Assembly (NCBI RefSeq): GCF_006345805.1
Contig: NC_043024.1
Location: 19,902,001-19,966,000 of the forward strand
Source of the DNA: Octopus sinensis
Lineage: Eukaryota
Reading direction: 5' to 3'
Length of the DNA: 64,000 nucleotides
Both the position numbers and the translations under genes were made by a program. Within the stretch, counting starts at the first letter, position 1. Every line of letters begins with the position of its first letter. Below the pieces are notes generated by a model. That model ran no database searches. It was not told where the DNA came from and saw nothing but the letters and a program-made list of their open reading frames with translations. Shown here in pieces: positions 1 through 11,197 of this stretch.

Positions 1-212
1 GAAATGCAGTTAACAGCTCGTCCTGTAAGATCCGTTTCTGTTATTATGTTAGCGCTGTCAGATTTGTCATATATTCTTTAGCCCCTTCGCAGAGGGTCCA
101 TCTATTCTGAATGTCTGATTCCGGAAAGATTGGCCAACCAACTTTGATAGCTTAGCATGAATGAAAGGCAGTTACTAGCTCATCTTATGAGATATTCTAC
201 CCCTATCATAAT

Positions 213-423
213 GGTTTCAAATTTTGGCACAAGGCCAGCAGTTTCAAGGAGGCACGTTAGTCAATGGCATAAATGTGATAAACTGTTATTTATTTCCTTG
301 ACCCCCCAAAAAAATGGAAAGTAAAGGCTACTGCAGTAGAATTTGAACTCAGAAAGTAAAGATGGATAAAATGCCACTAAGCATTTTGCCCGGTGTGCTA
401 ACGATTCTGCCAGTTCACTGCCT
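213..423 (-). mobile_element. SINE-A copy, diverged, with the (ATT)n-type tail variant
   Basis: Reverse complement of the SINE-A head (ttctgccagttcactgcc) and central block (gaatttgaactcagaa); many CpG>TpG changes. Confidence 0.75.
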
Positions 424-500
424 TATTTTCCCACAATTAAATTTGGTGCTGATATGGCTAAATGGTTAAGGAATTTGCTTACCAATCTCATGGTTGTAGG

Positions 501-863
501 CACTAGCGTAGCTAAGGAGGGGGCAGTAAGGGTGGTCTGCCATGGGCAGCACTTTTCATCCTGTTGTAGGCAATTGTTGTAGGCAATACGTGTTTTGAGT
601 TCTGAGTTCAAATTCCGCCGAGGTCGACTTTGCCTTTCATCCTTTCGGGGTCGATTAAATAAGTACCTGTTACACACAGGGGTCGATGTAATTGACTTGA
701 TCCCTTTGTCTGTCCTTGTTTGTCCCCTCTATGTTTAGCCCCTTGTGGGCATTAAAAAAATTAAATATAAAATAAAATAAAATAAGTATGTGTTTTTTGC
801 GTGGTCTGGGGGCAGCAAACGGAAGGGCCGCCCTGGGCGGCATACATTGTAGCTATGCTAGTG
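501..863. mobile_element. hAT-type MITE
   Basis: 14-bp terminal inverted repeats (TIRs) cactagcgtagcta / tagctatgctagtg (13/14); 8-bp TSD gttgtagg (493-500) / gttgcagg (864-871). Confidence 0.75.
597..786 (+). mobile_element. 5'-truncated SINE-A inserted inside the hAT MITE
   Basis: SINE-A body; flanking direct repeat tacgtgtttt (587-596) / tatgtgtttt (787-796). Confidence 0.8.
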
Positions 864-1455
864 GTTGCAGGTTCAGTCCCACTGCACAACACTTTGAGCA
901 AGTGTCTTCTACTTTAGTCCAAGTCTGACTAAAGCCTTGTGAGTGGATTTGACAGATGGAAACTGAATGAAGCCCATCGTGTGTGTGTTTGTATGTGCGT
1001 GTTTGTGTGTGAGTGTGTGTATGTGTGTATATGTTTGTGTCTGCTTGCCATGACATCAGTTCCGAGTTGTAAATGAGTGTCACTGTCATACAAGTGGTGT
1101 CATTCATTTCCAATGTTCTGTCAAAACATGTCCGGCCACGAGGCAATATTACCTTGCTTGGAAACAGGCAAAAGTTGGGGTCAGAAAAAGCATCCGACCA
1201 TAGTAAATCTGTCTCAACAAATTCCATCTGACCCATGCAAGCATGGAAATGGGGGTATAAAATGACGATATTTTCTTCCAGCCTCTCTCAAAGGTCCATC
1301 TATTTCGCATGTCTGTGTAACAGGCCAGCAAATGTGGATTTTTGAAGATTGGCCAAACAAAGGACATGTTACCCTTTTGATACCAGTCTGCTCAAGACTG
1401 CTCCTTGGTCTTATCATATAAACTTACCATTTGAAAGTGATCTGTATTAAAACCT

Positions 1456-1868
1456 ATTTCTTTACAACCCATAAGGGGCTAAACACAGAGAGCACAGACA
1501 AGGACAGACAAACGGATTAAGTCGATTACATAGACCCCATTGTGCAACTGGTACTTATTTAACTGACCCCGAAAGGATGAAAGGCAAAGTTGACCTTGGC
1601 GGAATTTGAACTCAGAACGTAATGACAGACGAAATACCTATTTCTTTACTACCCACAAGGGGCTAAACACAGAGGGGGCAAACAAGGACAGACAAATGGA
1701 TTAAGTCGATTATATCGACCCCAGTGCGTAACTGGTCCTTAATTTATCGACCCCGAAAGGACGAAAGGCAAAGTCGACTTAGGCGGAATTTGAACTCAGA
1801 ACGTAGCAGCAGATGAAATACTGCTAAGTATTTTGCCTGACGTGCTAACGTTTCTGCCAGCTCGCCGC
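1456..1868 (-). mobile_element. SINE-A dimer
   Basis: Two tandem bodies joined at gacagacgaaatacctatttcttt (1624-1647); 14-bp TSD ctgtattaaaacct at 1442-1455 and 1869-1882. Confidence 0.9.
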
Positions 1869-1959
1869 CTGTATTAAAACCTTGTATCAAAAGTTCAGGC
1901 TATGGTATTTGTTAGCTTAAAAGATGTCTGGGTATATTAGACATACCCTGATTTCAACA

Positions 1960-2310
1960 GTACATCAACATCATTCAATGTCTCTATTCCATACTGGCAT
2001 AGGTTGGACAGTTTGACCAGTGCTAGTTAGGCCAAGGGCTACACCAGGCTCCATTATCTGCTCTAATGCCCTTCCTAATGGCAACCACTCCACAGAATGT
2101 ACTGGATGCTTTTCATGTGACACCAACACCACTACTTTTAATGTGGTACCAGCATGAATGTTTTTTTATGTTGCACCAGCACCAATTTCACTTCTTCTAT
2201 GGTGGAGAGATCTTCTTATGGTCAGCAAGGCACCAAATTCCTTGGTCTTTTGCCATCCCCTTTGTAAGGTTCAGTGTTTTGAGATTGGCCTTTAATACTT
2301 TGCCCACATA
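1960..2310 (-). mobile_element. Old RTE-clade LINE 3' end
   Basis: Minus strand reads VLKANLKTLNLTKGMAKDQGIW, similar to the C-terminus at 27030-27128, then a degenerate RTE tail. Confidence 0.55.
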
Positions 2311-2413
2311 TTCAGGAATTAAAAAAAAAATGCTTTCAGTGAACTAAAGGTTATGGAGGCCTAAACTGACCTATAGGACTTGAAGGGATTCTTTTCTCAG
2401 GCATTTTTAGTGT

Positions 2414-2555
2414 TAAGAAGGGTGTCCCGCTGTGGAAACCATTGCCAAAGCAGACAATAGAGTTTGGTGAGGTTCTCTGGTTTGCCAGCTCTTGTCAAAC
2501 CATCCAGCCCATGAGTTGGAAGGTTTCATCATCATCATCATCATCATCATCCTCC

Positions 2556-2586
<31 letters not shown>

Positions 2587-3020
2587 CATCATCATCATTT
2601 AACGTCCGCTTTTCATGCTGGCATGGGTTGGACAATTTGACTGAGGGCTGGTGAACCAGATGGCTGCATCAGGCTCCAGTCTTGATCTGGCAGAGTTTCT
2701 ACAGCTGGATGCCCTTCTTAACTCCAAGAGTGTAGTGGGTGGTTTTACGTGCCACCAGCACGAGGGCCAGTCTGATGGTACTGGCAATGGCCACGCTAGA
2801 AATGGTGTTTTTTATGTGCCACCTACACAGGAATCAGTCCAGCAGCACTGGCAATGACCTCACTGGGATGCCAGGAGGCTGCACTAGGCTCCAGTCTGAT
2901 CTGGCAGTGTTTCTACAGCTGGATGCCCTTCTTAACGCCAACCACTCCGAGAGTGTAGTGGGTGGTTTTATGTGCCACAGGCACAAGGGCCAGTTAGGCG
3001 GTACTAACAACGGCCATGCA
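2414..3020. mobile_element. Cluster of RTE 3'-UTR fragments (one +, two -) sharing a (CAT)n tail tract
   Basis: Repeated ggatgcccttc..aacgccaaccactccgagagtgtagtggg; (CAT)n 2526-2597 abuts ttaacgtccgcttttcatgctggcatggg. Confidence 0.75.
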
Positions 3021-3554
3021 TGAAATGGTGTTTTATACATGCGGAAAATAGACAGATGATGATGATGATAATGAAGATGATGGTGATAGTGGTGGTGGTG
3101 GGTTTTGTTTATGATGTTTCTTATATGCCATCAAATACAGTAAATAGGTTTATTCCAAACACCAACTTAATAGCGACAAAGAATTTTACAAAATTCTTCA
3201 GTTATTTTCAGAATTAATTGAAACAAAATAGCATTTTTCAACAGAAACATGATCAGGAAAAGGGTTTATAGCACAGGGCAGCTTATGGGATATTTTTCCA
3301 GGAATTAATTATTAAACCCGATCAGTATAACCAGAGGCAATGCTGGTGGTCTGTCTCAGTATTTTTATTGGGTGGGGTCACACTTTTAAGTCTGTTGTAT
3401 AATGCTGTACTGGAAATGACAGTGGGGTGACAAAACTCAAGGGCTCAACTTACCCTTTAGTTGTGCCGTGCCACTAAACGGATTATCTTTCTCATGTCTT
3501 CTTCTCGGTCTTTCTGAAAGACCCACCAACTTCAAATATCTCTGCATCAAAACT

Positions 3555-3937
3555 GGATGGAAGCACTCCATCGGTTATGACGACGAGGGTTCCGGTTGAT
3601 CCCTCGTTGAGCCTGCTTGTTAAATTAACGTGTAAGTGGCTGAGCACTCCACAAACACGTGCACCCTTAACGTAGTTCTCAGGGATATTCAGCGTGACAC
3701 AGAGAGTGACAAGGCCGGCCCTTTGAAATACAGGTACAACAGAAACAGGAAGTAAGAGTGAGAGAAAGTTGTGGTGAAAGAGTACAGCAGGGATCACCAC
3801 CATCCCCTGCCGGAGCCTCGTGGAGCTTTTAGGTGTTTTCGCTCAATAAACACTCAGAACGCCCGGTCTGGGAATCGAAACCGCGATCCTACGACCGCGA
3901 GTCCGCTGCCCTAACCACTGGGCCATTGCACCTCCAC
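3555..3937 (-). mobile_element. SINE-C, full length, tail type 1
   Basis: tRNA-like head with A/B-box-like motifs at 3870-3935; 11-bp TSD gcatcaaaact (3544-3554 / 3938-3948). Confidence 0.9.
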
Positions 3938-4204
3938 GCATCAAAACTAGGCTTACAAGGAATAAGTCTTGGGTTTGATTTGCTCGACTATAAAGGCGGT
4001 GCTCCAGCATGGCCACAGTCAAATGCCTGAAACAAGTAAAAGAGTATAAGAGAATAGTAGTTAGTAACCATTAAAGCGCTCCACTGGAGAAGTATGGCAG
4101 GTGAGGGCAGGGTCGAAGTGGATGAGGGTGGTGATGTGGAGCGAGGGAGTGGTTAGATGATAGGATAGGATGGAGGGAACCAGAGGGAGAGGGAGGGTGT
4201 TTCT

Positions 4205-4531
4205 GTTTACTCTTTTACTTGTTTCAGTCATTTGACTGCGGCCATGCTGGAGTACCGCCTTTAGTTGAGCAAATCGACCCCGGGACTTATTCTTTGTAAG
4301 CCCAGTACTTATTCTATCGGTCTCTTTTGCCGAACCGCTAAGTGACGGGGACGTAAACACACCAGCATCGGTTGTCAAGCACTGCTAGGGGGACGAACAC
4401 AGACACACAAACATACACACACACTTATATATATATACATATATACGACAGGCTTCTTTCAGTTTCCGTCTACCAAATCCACTCACAAGGCATTGGTCGG
4501 CCCGGGGCTATAGCAGAAGACACTTGCCCAG
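4205..4531 (-). mobile_element. SINE-B, 5'-truncated
   Basis: Family tail tcttttacttgtttcagtcatttgactgcggccatgctggag and body. Confidence 0.9.
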
Positions 4532-4533
4532 TG

Positions 4534-4920
4534 TATAATAATAATAATAATAATAAAACATTGTGTACAGTGCTCAGGTGCACTACAACTCATCTAAAGT
4601 GTATGTATAATCAGGTGTAGTTTCGGCAGATTTCGGAAAGCATGAGGGCCTTAACCCTTTCATTACCAACCCGGCTAAAACCGGCTCTGGCTCTGTAGTA
4701 CAAATGTCTTGTTTTCGTAAGTTTTGCATTAAAATATACCACCAGACCTTAGTTGCAATTTATATTCCTAACACTAGCTTAATGATAACTAAGTTATTTT
4801 ACTAAATTCTTTGTTATACTTTAAATTATTTGAAAGAAGCACAGAGCATCTCAAAATAAATACAGTAACGAAAGGGTTAAAGGATGCAGCGTCATGGCAG
4901 TCAACAACTGACGCAGGCAG
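4534..4920 (-). mobile_element. CR1-like LINE 3' end with (ATT)n tail, split by a piggyBac MITE
   Basis: Minus strand KLPASVVDCHDAASF[K]ALMLSEICRNYT reads through once the MITE is removed; (AAT)n at 4537-4556. Confidence 0.6.
4655..4876. mobile_element. piggyBac-type MITE (222 bp)
   Basis: TTAA at 4651-4654 and 4877-4880; TIRs ccctttcattac / gtaacgaaaggg (11/12). Confidence 0.85.
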
Positions 4921-5304
4921 TTTAGAACCAGCAGATGATGCAGATTCTGCAAGGATTGACAAATCAAATCGACACCTTGGTGCCAATATAAGAGACGGTA
5001 AATAGCAAACAATAAAGTGTAACAACTTGGCAACTTGGCACCAAGTCTACAATTATAAAAAACACCTTGGTGGGGGTGAACGTAGTATCACATTATTCCT
5101 TCTTCTCTCTGACACACCCAAAGAATATCCTCACCAATGTCTAAATTTAAATGTGAATGCTTCAGTGACTGATATACGGTAAATGGTTCATCTGTTATGC
5201 AGTTCATGTCCATTAATTTATTAAATTGTTTGCAGTCATCTGCCTGTGCAGCATATCTTCTGTTGGTGCATCGACATGCATGTTGTTATATTCATTGACA
5301 TATA

Positions 5305-5700
5305 TAGGCATAGGAGTGGCTGTGTGGTAAGCAGCTTGTTTACGAACCACATGGTTCTGGGTTCAGTCCCACTGGGCAAGTGTCTTCTACTATAGCCTCG
5401 GGCTGACCAAAGCCTTGTGAGTGGATTTGGTAGACGGAAACTGAAAGAAGCCCGTCGTATGTATGTATATATATATATATGTGTGTGTGTGTTTGTGTGT
5501 CTGTGTTTGTGCCCCCAGCATCGCTTGACAACCAATGCTGGTGTGTTTACGTCCCTGTAACTTAGCGGTTCAGCAAAAGAAACCAATAGAATAAGTACTA
5601 GGCTTACAATGAATAAGTCCTGGGGTCGATTTGCTTGAGTAAAGGTGGTGCTCCAGCATGGCCACAGTCAAATGACTGAAACAAGTAAAAGAGTAAGAGT
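5305..5700 (+). mobile_element. SINE-B, near full length
   Basis: Head, internal (AT)/(GT) tract, tail gaaacaagtaaaagagtaagag. Confidence 0.9.
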
Positions 5701-5799
5701 ATATATACATATATATTATACAATATAATAATTATATATTTCTCTTATATACAGATATAATATACATAGAATATATATATATAGAGAGAGAGAGAGAAA

Positions 5800-5830
<31 letters not shown>

Positions 5831-6351
5831 TACAAAGGGTTTCTCTGACTTTCCATCCACCAAATCCACTCGCAAGGCTTTGGTTAGCCCAAGGCTATAG
5901 TAGAAGACACTTGCCAAAAATGCCAAGCAGTGGAATTGAACCCAAAATCCTGTGGTTGGGAAGCAAACCTCTCACCTCGCAGCCATGCCAATGTATATTG
6001 CTACATAAGGTACCAGTAAAATGCTGGTGTTTGTCCAGTTAAATATATCTCTTTTTCTAAAAGGTGACGGTGACCTTGTTTCAATGTTAAAAATCACGTT
6101 TTCAGATTTTTATGCTCTTTTGATAAAAATGCCAGAAAGATAAACTTCAAGTGCTTATAATCTTCAGTTTTTAAAGGCGATGACATTTTGTCAGAGTCAT
6201 CCAAGTGTCAGAACGAGTGGTTGGCACCATTGACTTTCGGTCTCTGCATTCTGAGTTCAAATCCCCACAGTCAACTGTTTTTTACCCTTTCGGGGGATGA
6301 TAATGTATCAGTCTCTTGCTGGAGTCTATTTCTCAGCCCCGCCCTCATCTC

Positions 6352-6388
<37 letters not shown>

Positions 6389-6567
6389 TCCCCTCACTCA
6401 TTCTCAAAGAAGAAGAAGGAGGAGGAGGAGGAGGTAGCGTGTTTGGATCTGGAGCGGGGTAGATTTTAAGGATTCCTATGATGTATGTTGCAAAGGGGCA
6501 AAATTTGCCCTCTTAGAAGTTGAGGAGCCCAAAAAAGAAGAAATGAAATGGTTGTCTTTGGTTAATG

Positions 6568-6611
<44 letters not shown>

Positions 6612-6615
6612 CACA

Positions 6616-6787
6616 TAGGTGCAGAAGTGGCTGTGTGGTAAGTAGCTTGCTCACCAACCACATGGTTCCGGGTTCAGTCCCACTGTGTGGCACCATGGGC
6701 AAGTGTCTTCTGCTATAGCCTTGGGCCGACCAATGCCTTGTGAGTGGATTTGGTTGATGGAAACTGAAAGAAGCCTGTCATAGATAT

Positions 6788-6836
<49 letters not shown>

Positions 6837-7085
6837 TTGTGTGTGTGTGTTGTGTGTGTGTGGTGTGTGTGTGTGTGTGTGTGTGTGTATGTTTGTGTGT
6901 CTGTGTTTGTACCCCTAGCATTGCTTGACAACCGATGCTGGTGTGTTTACGTCCCCGTCACTTAGCGGTTCGGCAAAAGAGACCGATAGAATAAGTACTG
7001 GGCTTACAAAGAATAAGTACCGGGGTCGATTTGCTCAACTAAAGGCGGTGCTCCAGCATGGCCGCAGTCAAATGACTGAAACAAG
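6616..7085 (+). mobile_element. SINE-B, followed directly by a minus-strand SINE-A (7085-7270)
   Basis: Family head, body and tail. Confidence 0.9.
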
Positions 7086-7938
7086 GCCTGGAGTTTTGGG
7101 AGAGGAGGAAAGTCGATTATATTGACCCCAATACTCAACTGGTACTTAATTTATCACCCCTAAAAGGATCAAAGGCAAAGTTGACCTTAGCAGAATTTGA
7201 ACTCAGAACATTAAGATTGACAAAATATTGCTAAGCATTTTGTCCAGCATGCTAACAATTCTGCCTAGCAACAAGGCCAGCAATTTTAAGGGAAAGGGAT
7301 ATCAATGTTATCGACCCCTGTTTTCAACAGGTATTTATTTTATTGACTCCAAGGGCCTCAAATGACCACTTGAAAGAAGCCCCTCTTTGGCCCCACATAG
7401 TAATGCATATGATAAATGGTTAATGCAGAAAAATATGTAAATTTTCTTGACGATGTGCGCAATTAAAAACGTTACATCGTTGTGTAACCATTAGAAAATT
7501 AATAAGGGAAAACAAAAAAATAACATTAAAAAAACAAATAACAAAAATAAAAAATTCACTCATTTATAGATTAACAGGATAATGAATGCAATTAGATGGT
7601 TTGTGAAGCAAAATTTATTAATCAAAAAGAATTTACTACTGCTACAACTACTAGAATTATTATTATTATTATTATTATTAATTTTGGCTGATAATTAAAT
7701 TACCATCTCTCTGAAATATTGCTTTATTTTGTTCCATATGGTTTGGAATCGGATGGGCATTCTTTACAGACTATGAAGACCCTTTTTGTATTGGCAAAAA
7801 TTATGGTCCAACATGGTTAATGAGATTAATATGGCGTTTGAAATTGATGTTGTTGTTGACTGCGCGGTTAAGAAGTTTGCTTCCAAACCTCACGGTTCTG
7901 GGTTCAATCTCACTGTGTTGCACCATGGGCATGTGTTT

Positions 7939-8231
7939 GGAGGCACATGGCCTAGTGGTTAGAGCAGCGGACTCGCAGTCGAGGGATCATGGGTTTGAAT
8001 CTCAGACCGGGCGATGTGTTTGTTTGTGATATGAGCAAAACACCTAAGCTCCGCACGGCTCTGGCAGAAGGTAATGGCGAACTTCTGCTGACTCTCTCAC
8101 CACAACTTTCTCTCGCTCTTTCCTCTTGCAGCTCACCTGCGACGGACCGGTGTCCTATCCAGGTGAGGAACCTATATGCCAAGGAAACTGGAAAACTGGC
8201 CCTTATGAGCCAGGCATGGCCCTAGACGGAA
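7939..8231 (+). mobile_element. SINE-C, tail type 2, inserted into the CORE-like block of a SINE-B (7855-8330)
   Basis: 15-bp TSD catgggcatgtgttt (7924-7938 / 8232-8246); tRNA-Arg-like head. Confidence 0.9.
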
Positions 8232-8346
8232 CATGGGCATGTGTTTCAGACTCAGCTTTATTCTGACCAAAGCCTTGTGAGTGGATTTCGTAGATGGAAA
8301 CTGAAAGAAGCCTGTCATATATATATGTGTGTGTGTGTGTTGTGTG

Positions 8347-8464
<118 letters not shown>

Positions 8465-8492
8465 CTGTCTGTCTGTCTTACTATCTATCTAT

Positions 8493-8917
8493 ACTCTTTA
8501 CTCTTTTACTCTTTTACTTGTTTCAGTCATTTGACTGCGGCCATGCTGGAGCACCGCCTTTAGTTGAGCAAATCGACCCCTGGGACTTATTCTTTGTAAG
8601 CCCAGTACTTATTCTATCGGTCACTTTTGCCGAATCACTAAGTGACGGGGATGTAAACACACCAGCATCGGTTGTCAAACAATGCTAGAGGGACAAACAC
8701 AGACACACAAACATATACATATATATACACATACATACATATACATATATACAACAGGCTTCTTTCAGTTTCTGTCTACCAAATCCACTCACAAGGCATT
8801 GGTCAGCCCGGGGCTATAGTAAAAAAACACTTGCCCAAGATGCCACGCAGTGGGACTGAACCCAGAACCATGTGGTTGGTAAGCAAGCTACTTACCACAC
8901 AGCCACTCCTGCGTCTA
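8493..8917 (-). mobile_element. SINE-B, full length
   Basis: Complete reverse-complement copy. Confidence 0.9.
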
Positions 8918-9340
8918 TTTATCTATTTACCTATCAATCTATCTATCACAGTATTAACACTGCCTGTGTCACTATTATATATTTGTTAGCAAACTAACTG
9001 GAAAATCACGACCCCAGTACCCTTCTGGCACTGCTAATCTCTAGTGGTCAAGAGTCCATCATTGACAAGACCGCTCAAGGTCAAATTGCATGATCTAGTG
9101 GGTTCAGTGCTGGAGGTAGCTGAGATTTATCACCCCACTAGCAATGTAAACCAACATGTATTTTGCACCAGAAAGCCAATATGAGAACTTCTCTCATGGA
9201 AACTGTTGCAGTATAGCTTGTTCTAATAGAACATCCACTTTTAAGTGGGGATGAATATCACCTCTTGTTATTAATACTGGCACTGTCACTAATCTATATA
9301 TTTTTTAACAGAGTAATCTGAACAATTATATATATATATA

Positions 9341-9600
9341 CATCACCTTCGAAACATAGAGTAGATGAAACCATGGCGACTGAAGAAAGGGTTTTTTCCT
9401 TGTGTTATTTGTCCTGTACTCTATTTTTTTGTTGTTTAAGAAAAATGTCCAGTTCCTTGGGTTTGTGTCTATGTTTTCGTTTCTCATTGTGTTCGACGTT
9501 TTCTTTTGGTGTCCTGTACTCATATATGCGTGTATATATACATGTAGAGGTTGGTACATACATATATGTATATTTATATGCATGTTTTATTTATTGATAT
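9341..9600 (+). repeat. Interspersed repeat family G (other copies 36701-36938 minus, 48055-48310 plus); possibly Penelope-related
   Basis: Three copies share ctgaagaa(a/g)ggg..ttccttgtgtt...ggtgtcctgtactcatatatgc...ggtacatacatatatg; each is bounded by (AT)n. Confidence 0.7.
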
Positions 9601-9735
9601 ATATATATATAAAGTTAATCCAAACAAGAAAACACAAAAAAGAAAACAAAAAAAAAAAAAAAAAAACACAGCAACGCGAGGACGTGGAACAAATAAAGTA
9701 TTATTGGACGCTCAGGAAAGAAGGGAAGAAGGAGG

Positions 9736-9770
9736 GTTTAACGTTTCGAGCGGAGCTCTTCGTCGGAAAC
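9736..9770 (-). ncRNA. Minimal type I hammerhead ribozyme-like motif within a ~230-bp element (9612-9840)
   Basis: RNA GUUU-CCGACGA-A-GAGC-UCC-GCUC-GAA-ACGU-U-AAAC: stem I GUUU/AAAC, stem II GAGC/GCUC, palindromic ACGU helix III; core has U4>C. Confidence 0.6.
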
Positions 9771-10013
9771 ATAGGAGAAGGAAAGATCCCGAGAAGGGAA
9801 GACAGAGGAAAAAAATCGCCAGCGGTACTCACGAGGTCACATTATATATATATAAGGATATTATTGTTTATAATAATATCAATGGCATTGCATGCATTAA
9901 AAAAATTCATAACGGTATTAAGTATTAATTGATAATGTATATATATTAAAATTTTTATGTATTGATTAAGTCTTTCCTTGTTTGTTTTGCAAAATAGTGG
10001 TTTTGTCTCGAAT

Positions 10014-10044
<31 letters not shown>

Positions 10045-10046
10045 CA

Positions 10047-11166
10047 TAGGCGCAGGAGTGGCTGTGTGGTAAGTCGCTTGCTAACCAACCACATGGTTCT
10101 GGGTTCAGTCCCACTGCGTGGCATCTTGGGCAGAGGTCTTCTGCTATAGCCCCGGGCCGACAAAGCCTTGTGAGGGGATTCGGTAGACGGAAACTGAAAG
10201 AAACCCGTCGTATATTGTATATATATATATATACACTAGGCGCAGGAGTGGCTGTGTGGTAAGTAGCTTGCTAACCAACCACATGGTTCTGGGTTTAGTC
10301 CCACTGCGTGGCATCTTGGGCAAGTGTCTTCTGCTATAGCCCCGGGCCGACCAAAGCCTTGTGAGGGGATTCGGTAGACGGAAACTGAAAGAAACCCGTC
10401 GTATATATGTATATATATATATACATAGGCGCAGGAGTGGCTGTGTGGTAAGTAGCTTGCTAACCAACCACATGGTTCTGGGTTCAGTCCCACTGCGTGG
10501 CATCTTGGGCAAGTGTCTTCTGCTATAGCCCCGGGCCGACCAAAGCCTTGTGAGGGGATTCGGTAGACGGAAACTGAAAGAAACCCGTCGTATATATGTA
10601 TATATATATATACATAGGCGCAGGAGTGGCTGTGTGGTAAGTAGCTTGCTAACCAACCACATGGTTCTGGGTTCAGTCCCACTGCGTGGCATCTTGGGCA
10701 AGTGTCTTCTGCTATAGCCCCGGGCCGACCAAAGCCTTGTGAGGGGATTCGGTAGACGGAAACTGAAAGAAACCCGTCGTATATATGTATATATATATGT
10801 ACATAGGCGCAGGAGTGGCTGTGTGTAAGTAGCTTGCTAACCAACCACATGGTTCTGGGTTTAGTCCCACTGCGTGGCATCTTGGGCAAGAGTCTTCTGC
10901 TATAGCCCCGGGCCGACCAAAGCCTTGTGAGGGGATTCGGTAGACGGAAACTGAAAGAAACCCGTCGTATATATGTATATATATATATATACATAGGCGC
11001 AGGAGTGGCTGTGTGGTAAGTAGCTTGCTAACCAACCACATGGTTCTGGATTCAGTCCCACTGCGTGGCATCTTGGGCAAGTGTCTTCTGCTATAGCCCC
11101 GGGCCGACCAAAGCCTTGTGAGTGGATTTGGTAGACGGAAACTGAAAGAAGCCTGTCGTATATATG

Positions 11167-11197
<31 letters not shown>

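Larger units (their letters stand above)
449..1270 (+). mobile_element. SINE-B (CORE-type tRNA SINE) with an RTE-derived tail, interrupted by a MITE
   Basis: Head 449-500 resumes at 864 (ttcagtcccactgc...ttgagcaagtgtcttctact); tail ...gcatccgaccatag...cccatgcaagcatggaaa resembles the RTE 3' UTR at 27440-27590. Confidence 0.75.

Noticed and set aside
7716-7850. Open frame NIALFCSIWFGIGWAFFTDYEDPFCIGKNYGPTW
   Set aside because: There is a stop just upstream with no acceptor before the hydrophobic part, no good donor, and the frame runs into a SINE.
7939-8012. tRNA-like sequences (also 3870-3935, 44407-44480, 61720-61790 and SINE-B heads)
   Set aside because: They have A/B boxes but no acceptor stem, and each continues into a SINE body with a TSD; these are SINE heads, not tRNA genes.
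10144-11080. ORFs of 185, 252 and 122 aa with internal repeats
   Set aside because: They are antisense read-through of the SINE-B head array.
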